Origin: Dicyema japonicum
Lineage: Eukaryota; Animalia; Dicyemida
Assembly: GCA_011109175.1 (NCBI GenBank)
Contig: RDEW01000005.1
Span: 740,335-804,334, forward strand
Direction: 5' to 3'
DNA length: 64,000 nt
Shown here: positions 1 to 12,400 of the stretch, piece by piece
Layout: every line of letters begins with the position of its first letter
How positions within the stretch are numbered: position 1 is the first letter of the stretch
The notes under the pieces: model-generated
Databases searched by the model: none
Seen by the model: the letters and a program-made list of their open reading frames with translations, nothing else
Told to the model about the DNA's origin: nothing
Position numbers and translations under genes: made by a program

Positions 1-1441
1 CAACCCATAAGTATGAGATACGAAGATCCTCTCAGACAACAACGAAACCGGGAAAAACAAAAATCCCATGAAATATCCAGGTTTCAGTCCATGCCAGTAA
101 GCACTTATAAAAAGTGTAGCGAAAGACCGTAATCTAAGTAGAAATGTAGAAAGTATAAAAGTGTTAAATTTAAATTTATTTAATTTAAAAAATAATTGAA
201 AATTGAATATATTTAAAATAAATAATTAAAAATGAAATAAAAAACCCGCCAAGAATAAGACATTGTGAGCAAGTAACTTTATTAACTTTTTAAATCTGCT
301 ATAAACTGTAAAAACAAGCCAAAATTGGACAGTTCTATTCCATATTCTTGTAACTCCTTGAATCGAGGGTTCACTTTCACATTTAAAGACATCAATATTG
401 TTCACAGTCTCGTAATTATACTCGTTGGCCTCTTCAAAGTCGACATCAAAAGATGTAGGCCCATATCCGACCTTAGGGCGACTTTCAACGGGGTAGGCTC
501 CCAGACCGCAGCTCACACAAGCCAGCTTGGCCAAAATCCAAGCAAAGTAAAATTTTAGCCTCAAAGAGAAGAACACCACCATAACGTAGCAATACTTATA
601 GAGAAATCTCGAATCGACGAATTCCTTAGTCCGTTCGTACTAAATTAAGTCATTAGTGACACCTTGACTGGGAACAGTACAGCCAGCGTAATATAAAGGG
701 GTATTATCAGAGCCAACATCTTCAAGCCTGCCAAGACATAATCTCTCACAAATAGTCTTTCGAATCCCTTTCGGTTAATCACGTGGGAGAAACAGCGCAT
801 AGTAAAGTACGGCCCTGAAATAGCCAAAGCGGCAAACCGCTGTAAAGTCCAATGAAGCAGAACGTGTAGCAGAAAAGGGGGGAGAAATCCATCTCGATGA
901 AGTGATTCTTAAACTTAAGCTGATTAGCGTCCCCATCCAGAAAATCCGTTTCTTTCCATTCCATCTTACACCCCGATCGCAGTGCCTTCCAAAATCGCCC
1001 ACGTGATTGTGAACTTAGTAAGTTCGCCAAATCGTGAAATTCAAAGCTGGAGCCGATTATCTGAGATTATATTACTTAAACTCGCAAAGTAGTCAGCAGC
1101 AGGATCACGTTCCCCAATCTGTGCAGTTGTAAGTACTCCAAAACAATCAAAAGTCGCAATACTCCAATTATTAGGAAACACCAAATGAAACTACATAGAG
1201 CCAGAAATCTTAAATATTTAAATTTGATAAACTCGGTATGGAACTTCTTTAAAATTATATAATTCCCACAAAACATGACGAAAATGAAGTAAAAATATAC
1301 AGGAGAGGTCATCATTGTAGCCATGAAACCACATAATCCGATAAAATTGAGACGAGCTTTTCCATGGTTAATGAAACGGGAAAAGTATCCAATAAAAATG
1401 GACCCAACAAATATTAAAAAATAAATCGTTTCGTCTTTCAT
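1..1441 (-). CDS. MBOAT7: Lysophospholipid acyltransferase 7 (LPIAT1, MBOAT family); 3' end continues beyond position 1
   Basis: Spliced model: ATG at 1441; introns 1209-1232 (24 nt), 1061-1081 (21), 815-837 (23), 640-662 (23), 134-286 (153), all GT-AG. The joined frame is open and contains RLKFYFAWILAKLACVSCGLGAYP, YNYETVNNID, RIWNRTVQFWL and the catalytic-His motif SAYWHGLKPGY (His codon 91-93), which match remembered MBOAT7 motifs. Confidence 0.93.
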
Positions 1442-1657
1442 TAGAATCCACCAGACGGGCTCTTCATTATTAATGTTAATTTATTCCAATTTTTGAAATA
1501 AAATTATTTTTAAATAATATAAACTTATTTAAAAAAAATATTTTTAGTCGCAAACTTATCAGTATGTAATAAAAATATTAATAATATAAATAAAAAATAA
1601 AATTAATTTTAAAAATATTTTCATCATTTGTTTATGTTGAACAAATTGCATAATTTA
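1442..1657. promoter_or_regulatory. AT-rich bidirectional promoter region between head-to-head MBOAT7 and RING1
   Basis: 216 bp separating two divergent start codons, with an almost pure A/T core. Function inferred from position only. Confidence 0.55.
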
Positions 1658-2270
1658 ATGCCATCGACGTCATGTTTGTCTGAAATCTTCATCGAAATGA
1701 AGTGCCCCATTTGCTTGGACTTCCTTACGGAAACTTATATCAGCAAAGGCTGTCTTCATAGATTTTGCAAAGTTTGGCGTTGATTTTATGCAGGAATGTA
1801 TTTTCACGTGCATTGAGTCTGGTCTTAGAGAATGCGCCATATGTAGGACTAAAATTATCTCCAAGAGGTCCTTGAGGCCGGATAGGAGGATGGACAAACT
1901 CATAAATAACATTCGGCCCTTTCACGTCTCAAATTCTGAAGTAAGCACGTGTTTCTCACAAGGACTCGACAATTTCGAAAATTTTTGTTAGACTCGCCCC
2001 TATAAATGACATTGAATTGATCCCCAATGGAAAAATTTTAATGCTCCCCTCGAAATCGAAGTGTATCCCCCAATTTTATTGCAGTCAAATTTTTGATGGT
2101 AGTTTTGAGTTCCCTGGCTCGTGAAATCTCCTTTCCGCACGGTGATTGTAGATTCGTTACGTTAAGGTGAGTGGATCTTCATTACTACAGAAGGGAGAGC
2201 GATTTATGATATGGGTACCCCAATCCTCGATTTCATGGAAACCAAACAATGTGAGACATTTTTTTTTGAT
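1658..2270 (+). CDS. RING1: RING1/RNF2 (Sce)-like Polycomb PRC1 E3 ubiquitin ligase; 3' exon structure uncertain
   Basis: ATG 1658; introns 1772-1793 and 1941-1962 (22 nt each). The protein has [53 protein letters not shown], the RING1-type C3HC4 finger with the diagnostic SKRSLRPD tail. In-frame TGA at 2122-2124 if not spliced further; a further 24-nt GT-AG candidate near 2167-2190 suggests a longer RAWUL-like C-terminus. Confidence 0.85.
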
Positions 2271-5200
2271 TTTTTGATTTGAATAAATTTTGTTTATCTC
2301 TTATTGTTGATGGAGTCTATATTACACGTGCAGCTTCTGACAGGTCCTCAAAGTTCCTTCAACTTTGGGGGAGAACTTAGATCCGATAGAGGCTTTGTTT
2401 GTTCAGAACTAAGGGTTTCGGATGTCTCCTGACTATGGCATCTTGTCAATGGTCATGTGAAGGAAGACAAGGGATTCCATCCATCTGTCAGAATACATTT
2501 GAAATGACAGAAGACCTAAAAGACCTACGGTCGCATGCAGTGGAGAAAACCCGCTAGGGACTTCTAGTAAAAAGGATCTTAAACGCGTGGCACAAGCGGC
2601 ACCTTAGTTAATAACATTCTTTGGTTCTATGAAAGTTTAATAATAAACGCACGTGTTCATTTGGGTCACCTGCTCGTGGAAAAAACTGCCAAAGACAACT
2701 TATTCCCTCAACACGAAACTACCAAATAGTTAGCTTGGTAGCCACTACAGGACGAGCTCCAAGCTATCGATCCGAGATTTCTTTCATGTGATTATTCTTT
2801 AACAGTCACAAATGATGTTTTTTATTTATTATTTAGGCCATGTCGGCATTGAAAGAAAAGTTTCACAGGGGCGTTCCTGAAGAAACAAATAAAATTATTC
2901 AAAAATCCAAGACCAACTAGTTATCACGTGATCCTGATGCATTCCAACAGTGACCTCATCTTTTCCCAGTGTTCCTGCCTCGTGCCCGGCATGACCGTAC
3001 AGGACAGCTGACTGAATTTACGGGCCAAATTCCGCATTCTGGAGTCTAGTTTCATTATTATTATAAACCCCAGGCTTACCCATTGTACGCCCAGCACAAA
3101 CAGTCATAACTAACTAATCCAAGGAAGGACCAAAGGGAGAACATCTGCTTGTGCCGACCAAATCCATCTTTCAATACCTCATTACAGGTTTCCGCTTCCG
3201 AAGAGAGATAGAGAAGTAAGTCCGCCCTCTTCCATTATTGTCCCACGTCCTACCGTCGCGGACATCATTCATTCTTTAGCGGAAGAGTTTTCATAATGCA
3301 ATCTACAGGGAGAAAAGGTAGGAAGATCCCTTTTAACAACTGTGTCGTGCCAGAGGGACTCGTCGCCTCACGAGTGGGATCTGTTTGACAAGAATTGTTT
3401 CATAAGAGTCTTGGTCCGTTCGGTGATCTCCACAAATCCAATAAATATTTAACTTAAATTTATTGATTATTATTTTATGCTTTGATGGTTGAGTGGTTGA
3501 CACCTCTAATGTCGTACTCTCAGTCTATCTGCCTATGGGAAACGGTAAGTGGTTTTAACTAACTGTAAATTGTTAAACTTGAGGGCTTGGGTCATCAATG
3601 TGGCAAGATGGAACAGGGATGAAGACGATTGTCCAATGTGTTTGTATAGTCTTGTACGCTATATGGAGACCACAGCGAAGGCACAGAATGTGAACTTGAA
3701 TCTTTAATGGTGGAAAGTTTCGCTTCATTCGATGCTAGATAAACGCTCCAGAAACTTGTTGATGCCAGGGATTTAGATGAAATTGGTGGAAGCCCACTTG
3801 TGGATCATTTGAAGCTCAAATAAGTGGTCTGTGATCTAGGAAAAAGTCAGTGTTCCAATTTTGTCTCAGATATTTGTGAAGTTCTTGAGTTGTAATAGAT
3901 GATTTGACGTTTTACATTTCTGGAAGAATTAAGGGTGACATGAGGTGATCCATGGTTGGAAGAATATTTGACTCCCAATCCAAGTGGCCAATGTGGGAAA
4001 TTATAGATAAACTGTGATTGCTATACTGAAAATGTTATAAAGTCAATGCTGTTTCTGATTTACTGTAGATTGTTGTTCACCTATCCTTGCTACGACGTAA
4101 TCCCCCACAGTTCCAGGTATTCTGGAGTTGCCTACAGGGGTGTTATTTGGAAGCATAGACAGATCTNAACCAAACAATGTGAGACATTTTTTTTTGATTT
4201 TTTGATTTGAATAAATTTTGTTTATCTCTTATTGTTGATGGAGTCTATATTACACGTGCAGCTTCTGACAGGTCCTCAAAGTTCCTTCAACTTTGGGGAC
4301 TAGATTCAACTTAGATCCGATAGAGGCTTTGTTTTGTTCAGAACTAAGGGTTTCGGATGTCTCCTGACTATGGCATCTTGTCAATGGTCATGTGAAGGAA
4401 GACAAGAGATTCCATCCATCTGTCAGAATACATTTGAAATGACAGAAGACCTAAAAGACCTACGGTCGCATGCAGTGGAGAAAACCCGCTAGGGACTTCT
4501 AGTAAAAAGGATCTTAATTCGTGGCACAAGCGGCCCTTAGTTAATAACATTCTTTGGTTCTATGAAAGTTTAATAATAAACGCACGTGTTCATTTGGGTC
4601 ACCTGCTCGTGGGAAAAACTGCCAAAGACAACTTATTCCCTCAACACGAAACTACCAAATAGTTAGCTTGGTAGCCACTCAAGACGAGCTCCAAGCTATC
4701 GATCCGAGATTTCTTTCATGTGATTATTCTTTAGCAGTCACAAATGATGTTTTTTATCTATTATTTAGGCCATGTCGGCATTGAAAGAAAAGTTTCACAG
4801 GGGCGTTCCTGAAGAAACAAATAAAATTATTCAAAAATCCAAGACCAACTAGTTATCACGTGATCCCGATGCATTCCAACAGTGACCTCATCTTTTCCCA
4901 GTGTTCCTGCCTCGTGCCCGGCATGCCGTAAAGGACAGCTGACGAATTTACGGGCCAAATTCCGCATTCTGGAGTCTAGTTTCATTATTATTATAAACCC
5001 CAGGCTTACCATTGTAGCACAAACAGTCATATCTAACTAATCCAAGGAAGGAACCAAAGGGAGAACATCTGCTTGTGCCGACCAAATCCATCTTTCAATA
5101 CCTCATTACAGGCTTCCGCTTCCGAAGAGAGATAGAGAAGTAAGTCCGCCCTCTTCCATTATTGTCCCACGTCCTACCGTCTCAGACATCACTTCATTCT

Positions 5201-6095
5201 TTAGCGGAAGAGTTTTCATAATGCAATCTACAGGGAGAAAGGTAGGAAGATCCCTTTTAACAACTGTGTCGTGCCAGAGGGACTCGTCGCCTCACGAGTG
5301 GGATCTGTTTGACAAGAATTGTTTCATAAGAGTCTTGGTCCGGTTGGGTGATCTCCACAAATCCAATAAATATTTAACTTAAATTTATTGATTATTATTT
5401 TATGCTTTGATGGTTGAGTGGTTGACACCTCTAATGTCGTACTCTCAGTCTATCTGCCTATGGGAAACTAAGTGGTTTTAACTAACTATAAATTGTTAAA
5501 CTTGAGGCCTTGGGTCATCAATGTGGCAGGATGGAACAGGGATGAAGACGATTGTCCAATGTGTTTGTATAGTCTTGTACGACATATGGAGACCACAGCA
5601 AAGACACAGACTGTGAACTTGAACCTTCAATGGTGGAAAGTTTCGCTTCATACGATACTAGGCAATAAACGCTCCAGAAACTTGTTGATGCCAGGGATTT
5701 GGATGAAATTGGTGGAAACCCACTCGTGGATCATTTGAGGCTCAAATGAATGGCCTGTGATCTTGGAAAAAGTCAGAGTTTCAACTTTGTCTCAGATATT
5801 TGTGAAGTCTTTGAGTTATAATGAATGATTCGACGTTTTACATTTAAGAAGGAATTAAAGGTGGACATGAGGTGATCCATGGTTGGAAGAATATTTGACT
5901 TCCAATCCAAGTGTTCAATGTGGGAAATTATAGATAACCTGTGATTGCTATAATGAAAATGTTATAAAGTCAATGATGTTCTGATTTACTGTAGATTGTT
6001 GTTCACCTATCCTTGCTACGGCGTATCCCCCACAGTTCCAGGTATTTTGGAGTTTGCCTACAGAAGGAGTGTTATTTAGAAGCAGAGACAGATCT
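2239..6095. repeat. ~1.93-kb direct duplication (2239-4166 and 4168-~6095) joined at a single N; probable assembly overlap
   Basis: Both copies start AACCAAACAATGTGAGAC; copy 1 ends GACAGATCT immediately before the N at 4167. The copies differ by scattered substitutions and indels. Confidence 0.9.
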
Positions 6096-7050
6096 AGGTT
6101 GACCAGACTGCAATCGGTTATAATAGGGGTTTAGGCTAACTTGGCTGGAGAAAGGGTGAGGAACCGAGGCTTACCCAGGAGAAATGTAATTAAGATATTC
6201 TTGGAGAACCAGAAGAGGTGATTACATCATGATACCGTGAAACGACTACAACATCATAGTACATGAAACGTGTAGCGTATTTGGGTTTGTCGACGAGCTC
6301 GATCGGTGACTAAGACGGAAAACGAGAAATTGTAGACATGCTAGTGAACCTCTAGTGGAACCGAAGTGGGTAGCATAGTCTTTATTTGAAACGGAATCTC
6401 CGAGTCGAGGATCTCTTTTCAATACACGTATGGTTGTAATCTCTCCTCAATAGACTCAGGGGAGGTCGAATACACGAAGTTTCAATATTGTAGAAAGTTA
6501 GCATGATAGCAACCACCAAGACTAGATTTAGAGCTACTCTTCCAATCTGTGAGACAGTTACAAAAATAGCAATTGCCTCGATTCTTTCCTCATTGGTGTT
6601 AAGCGGTCGATCTGTTCAACAAACCACCCTGTGTTGTGGCCTAGAACCTAGAGAGACTTTCCGGGGGCTGTAATACAGGTCACCAGTTACATCAGCTAAT
6701 CTCTGAAAGTTTCCTCTTTTGGTTGTTACTTTCCTGTTAGCCACCAGTTGCCTTCACTTGAAGGGACCGGTTTAGAATTATACAAGAAAATGGGGATTCA
6801 CGACGTATTTGATTAACCAAGTAATACTCTCAAACAGGGGCTCCATCACCTTCTGGACAAATGACATGAAGGTCGAAGCTTCAAAGTTGCAGAGATATTG
6901 AATTCTTGAAAGACATGTTCCTCGTCTACTCCTCTGTAATCCCTTAATCGTCAGAACCGAAGAAGTAAATACGATCATCCGACTATTCGCCAAATACGTG
7001 CTTTAGACTCGAGGGAACAATCCTGCCAAGTTTGACTCAGTCTCTAATAG
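4983..7050 (-). mobile_element. Degraded APE-RT non-LTR retrotransposon, 3' half with (TAA)n tail (duplicated in part at 3055-4166)
   Basis: Minus-strand remnants of RT motifs (WGYA-DD-like, P-x-LG-x-x-x region); 3' UTR homologous to 51880-52231; ends CCTGGGGTTTATAATAATAAT. Confidence 0.7.
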
Positions 7051-7379
7051 CTTTATTACAAAATAGAGTGTGCTATTTTGAATTTGTTTGTAAAAAGCCA
7101 CTGCGTCGTTCTGTGTTCAACCTTCCGGGTTGCTTCGAAAAAACTCCATAGCACTGGATGGAACCAAGAATTCCTCACAATCAGTGGAAAAATAATCATA
7201 GTTCTGCTATTTTTTCGTTTTTCCCTTAATTTTACTATTTGTCACACCAATGATGATCTCCCTTCCACATCAAAATTTATAAAATCTTAATTATGACTTA
7301 ACGACAAACTAAGAGTCTCATTTTTCATTCAGAAATATAATTGAGGGAACCTCTTCAATAAATGATCTAGCAATGTGGG

Positions 7380-7730
7380 GGAAAGTAAATGATTTTCTGT
7401 AAGACGATTCCGGCACTGGTTCCTAGTGAACCAAATGGATTGCATGACCCCACACAGATAAATAAATTGAGTAAAGAACCAGCTAATATACAGCCAAAGG
7501 GGAATCGAACCAAAGGACTATGGGATTATATACAAACCACTAAACTACTTAGTCTTCCAAATTCCGCAATAGCTCGAATCGCCAATCTTCTTCTTATTAG
7601 AACAGTGCTCAACCAAAAAATTAATTAGATAAAAATTTTAAATTCTATTTATACAAAAAATATTAAATAAAAAATTAATAATATTTAAATTTTAAACCAT
7701 CTGCAGTTATTGAGTTTGTTGTTTCTCTAA
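7380..7730 (-). other. Candidate divergent membrane-protein gene fragment upstream of BUD31
   Basis: Minus-strand frame HCSNKKKIGDSSYCGIWKT / 31-nt GT-AG intron / NPLVRFPFGCILAGSLLNLFICVGS..., head-to-head with BUD31 across an AT-rich spacer. No complete model could be built. Confidence 0.3.
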
Positions 7731-7810
7731 AATAATTTAAAATTACGTCTAATCACTATTTAAACTGATTATTTTCTAACCTTTATAAAAAAAATATTTA
7801 TTTTAGATAG

Positions 7811-8343
7811 ATGGGAAGAGTACGCCGTAGTAAAAAGCCACCACCGGCGGGTTGGGAGGATATCGAGGCTAAAGTTATCGAGCTCGAAAACAAAATGCGT
7901 GAAGGTTTAATAATTTAATATATTATTAATTTTAAATATTTAAATTTTAACTTTTAGTGGAGTATGAACCTCACGAGGGGAAACGTAAGGTGGAGTCACT
8001 GTGGCCAATTTTCAAGGTTCAAAATCAAAAGAGCCGCTATATATTCGATCTTTACTACAAACATAAGCAGATCAGTAAAGGTAGTGGTTCACGAGACTGT
8101 AGAATTACTACAATACTGTATCAACGAGAAAATAGCGGATGAGAACCTGATGAGTAAGTGGAAGAAGAATGGGTATGAGAACCTGTGCTGTCTGAGATGT
8201 ATTCAGCCTTCTGATACGAATTTCCACACAAATTGTGTTTGCAGAGTTCCTAAGAGTAAATTGGAGAAGGTTGACTGGGTTGTTTAGTTTAGGGGAGGAT
8301 TGTGGAATGTGTCCATTGTGGATGTCGAGGATGTAGTGGATGA
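7811..8343 (+). CDS. BUD31: Pre-mRNA splicing factor BUD31 (G10), 144 aa
   Basis: Exons 7811-7904, 7958-8080, 8103-8269, 8293-8343; introns of 53, 22 and 23 nt. Protein [15 protein letters not shown]...[16 protein letters not shown]...[12 protein letters not shown]...[29 protein letters not shown]-stop. Confidence 0.98.
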
Positions 8344-8419
8344 CCCTTTTCTTTGGTTTTTATAAATTTTTGTTAAATTAAACGATTATAGCCACGTAGC
8401 CCACGTGATTGAGATTTTC

Positions 8420-9230
8420 TTCCTTCCATGGCGTTGTCATTTGATCTACCTCATCATGTGACTCCCAATGTTTGGCCCGCATTCAAAAGGATCTATCTCT
8501 TATTCTACCGGGAGGCTATTTCACTTCTTGACGAGCAGTTCTGGATACATAGGCCATCAGGGTCTTTGGCAGGAGAGTTCCGTGCAGTTTGGATCAAGTC
8601 ATGGATTAGCGTTATGGGAACTTGGTTGTTCGCGATGAATCATTTTGGGGATTAATTTCTTGTCAGCCGACAATATAGCAACAAAGAGATGTCTTCCAAG
8701 GACCTGTCTATTTCTGCCTTAAAGTCATCCCAATTCGTTTTCCTGTAGTTTGCAGGGTCCGCCTGATCATTGTGTGCGGTGAAAATAGACTAATATCAAT
8801 GATGATCGGGTTGTGATAAGACGATAGGCCATATCTTACGTTCCATCTAATCGGCGATACGATCGAAAGGTCAGGGGATGTGTTTTGATCCCCCGTATGA
8901 TCTCCACATCATGTGTGTTGGCTGCGGTTGTTCAATATGACAAGGAGTTCTGAGGTAATGGAAATTACTTCTATGTGGTTATCAGAGGCTTGCATGACAG
9001 TGTTCTGGGTAGTGTCTGTAAAAGGAATGGAAGAATGTATGAGGGTGACTAGCCCACCATGGGACTCATTTACCCGTTCTGAGCGGAGTATAAAGTAGTT
9101 GTAGAATTCGGATCTGGGTTTGGCTCGATATCTCCCACATCAGGAGGATTTCATTGAAGTGAGGTCTTTGTGCCTGCTTGACTGTCTAAATCAAGAAATC
9201 TTTAGAGAACCGATAGGGTAATTAAGTGGT
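8420..9230 (-). mobile_element. LINE fragment (APE C-terminus and linker)
   Basis: Minus-strand remnants KTSPDLSIVS and NYRKTNWDDFK, typical of the APE-to-RT linker; many stops. Confidence 0.6.
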
Positions 9231-11769
9231 TCTTTTTTCTCAGTGCTTTGTAAGACACAGACACGTCCATCTGACACTTAAAATGACTCAAAGTCATATA
9301 TATTCTAAAAAATCTTTTGCTGTGTCAAATGCAAAGCATCCGGTTTAATTCATGCAACCTAACATCAACGATGTAAAAGGAAAGATAATTGAAAAAAATA
9401 ATAAAAACTTTTTTTAGTCGATTTATGCTAATATTTATTAATTTAAGATTTTAAATAATTTTAATAAAAATTTTTTATTAAAATATTTCTTATTATGCAA
9501 ATGTCCGAGAGGGTTTATGTGGTGACATAGATCATTTGATTAAAGATTTTTTTTCTTTTCTTTCCTGAGAATATACTTAGGGATATCTTCTGATTAATTT
9601 TTGGTGCTTAAATTCTACAAATTTACATTTTATAGTATATGATCCTGCGTTGTAGTTAATTTTGCATTCAAATAAAGTGTCGACATCAATCCGAAATTTC
9701 TTTCAAAATCACACCGGCGTGCTAAATGTCGGTTATTATAAGCTACCATTTCCAGTAAATAGTGTATTATTGTCTGCATTGTATAGTTGCATTTTCATAT
9801 ATTTTATTTTTATAAATCCATAATTATGAAATATAACTTTTTCACTGCAGTTATAATAACCGTTAGTCGAAAGTTTCTGACTTAAGTAAGCACAGACTTA
9901 GAAAACAATTTTAATTCCCAAGAAAAATAAATCGTATTCCGTGATGTACTGGAAAATAATATTGAGAAATCTATATCATCTTCCATTTAAGCTCACGATA
10001 GGAATGTTCAGGAAAATTAAAGGATAAAATTGCGTCATTTAAATTTTATGTTTCACAATATTGTTCATTTTACATTCAATTTCAATTATTCCACTAATAA
10101 CGATACAACTCGGTTGTTCTTTATCCCACTCCATAATGGTACGTCATTATCCGATATTTTAAAAGTTTTAATATACTGCATGACTGATTTATTGATTATC
10201 AAACACGTGTATATTCCTATTATTAATTTATTTGTTAACCTAGTAATTGGAGCATCCCACAGCAATTAATTTATTTGTTAACCTAGTCCAAGCATCCCAC
10301 AGCAATTATGAATCAAAATTTTATTTGAATAAATTGAATTAAAATTTTAAATAAATAAAGAATTAATTTTTATATATTTTTTGTAAAAAATACGGATCAG
10401 TATTGTTGATCATGATGGAATATAAAATAAACGAGTTTTATTTTTACGGAAAACACAAATGGTAACCAAAAGTACAATATCTCTAATATACTAGACCCCA
10501 ATCACCTATTTCCGATTAATATAATCCGCTGCGTCTGGAAAAACTTCGCTGATTTTCGAGAAACACTCAAGAGAATCGCATCTCCCGCAAAGACCAACCT
10601 GGACCAACAATATGCCCACATCATAATTACGCTTACTATACGAAACCTCAAAGTCAACTAATTATTTACTACGATATTGCTTCTGGAATCACAGGATCTA
10701 ACTTTAGGTAAAACTATATTTAAATATCATAAATCGTCGATAACACATAAATTTGTTACATAAGTTTATTAAGCGCTAATTGAGAGAATCTCTCACCTTC
10801 AATATATGATGTACTCTTCTTTAAGATGGTGGCAGTTGTTATTGGTAATTGGAGGTTGGATATGATAGCACAAGCAGATGTTCTCCCGTAGGTTCCATCC
10901 TTGGATTAAAGAGCTATGACTGTTTGTGATGGGCTTATCATATTTGTAAGCTTGGAGTTATCAAAAAATCGGTACTCTGTCTATTACTCTGTTTTTAATT
11001 GTAACTTTAAAAATTGGATTGAAGAAACAGCAAGAATACAGTCCGACCTTGTTTTGGGGAAACCCAAAATGCGCGAAAAAACCTTTTTATTGGAATTTCA
11101 GGAGGTAAAAATAGTCTCACCTTATCGACTGCCAGCACATAGACATGGTTTTATATGAGTACTCCACTCATCATAGCATCAATCACATCATACTCTTTTG
11201 GTTCAAACTCTACAACACCTATTATTTATCTGGTAGATAGCATACTCATGGTAGGAACAAATTTAGAAAAGTCTTGCATAACAACAAAGCCGTTCTACGA
11301 ATGCCTTCTGTACTTTGTCGTTGTCTAAGGGACTTTGGAGTTCCGGTAATAACAAGATACTTATCTTCTACCTGTTCCTATGGAACTCTTACTAACTCGT
11401 AAATCAAAAATGAAAAAAATTAGAATATGTAAGAAATACAATCAGATCTGTATAAATATGCATTTATACCAACTAAAAAAAGAGATCTCATGTGAAGTCT
11501 GCTTTACGTCAAATTTGGTAAATGGTAACTTATCAAATACGGAATTTTCAGGAAACTTCAGAAAATGTTCTTAAGCTACAAATTTAAAGCAGATATTTTG
11601 AATTCACTACGAAAAAAGAACAAAATAATATGAAAATAACATATTCTTAAGAAGACCCTCATTTTTAGGGAAACCTCATTGGTAATTTTTTTCCTTTTTC
11701 CAGGTCGACTGTACTATTTCTTATTTTTAACAGTTTATAATATTTATATTCTAATAGGGAACGACAGAG

Positions 11770-12400
11770 TGGTTTTAACTCAACTAACCGATTAACCAAT
11801 TTCTCCGACCCATGATGACGTATGCAAGTCCTTCGTGGGCAATGCAGATTTCACGCTGCTCGTCCTTTAAGCTATCCCAATCCAAAAGGCCGGGAAACCA
11901 CTTGTTTGGGACGTGACATGTACAGACACGTTCGCCCTGAACAATCTTCACGAGTGCGCTTCAAGGGCGTGCTCTGCAGCTGTCAAGGTGGAGAAGGCCA
12001 AACTCAAAAAATACATCGACCTTCCGATAATAACAAATTTGTTTCCCTTGCTATAAAAGCTTCCGGATCCTATTCCCCCTTTACATTCGATTTTTTCGGT
12101 CGTCTTGTAAACCGGATCACCTCATGCACTGGAGATATTCGTGAACGCCGCTGGCTATTCGAGGGATTTCGCTCGCAATTCTGAGAGGGAACAGCCACGC
12201 AGTGAGGGCAACTAACTAACTTATGTTAAATTAAATTATTATTTTGATAAAGAAATAAAATCCAAGAGGCTGCAATAAAGTTAATTGGACCATTGAAACT
12301 TTGAAACTTTCAATCGAATTACAACAGAAACTCTTAAAGGCGGCTATTCTACAGAGCTACTCTCTGTTTCATGCACAATCAAAAATACAGTAAACTCTAT
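11770..12400 (+). mobile_element. LINE 3' fragment (same family as 21675-22577) interrupted by a CRE insertion
   Basis: 11806-11885 and 12259-12400 align collinearly with 22186-22390 (ATGACGTATGCAAGTCCTTC... and CTGCAATAA.GTTAATTGGACC). Confidence 0.75.
11886..12258 (+). mobile_element. CRE-clade non-LTR retrotransposon, 5'-truncated, with 7-bp target-site duplication
   Basis: Encodes GKPLVWDVTCTDT...EKAKLKKY...FVSLAIKASGS...TGDIRERRWLF...RGNSHAV, the restriction-like endonuclease C-terminus of CRE elements. AATCCAA occurs at 11879-11885 and 12259-12265. Confidence 0.85.

Noticed and set aside
2239-6095. 1.93-kb tandem duplication as a real event
   Set aside because: The junction falls exactly on the only N (4167); an unmerged contig or haplotype overlap is the simpler explanation. 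Read depth would settle it.
10212-10307. ~43-bp tandem duplication (also three ~21-nt units at 48395-48470)
   Set aside because: Ordinary slippage repeats with no associated structure.
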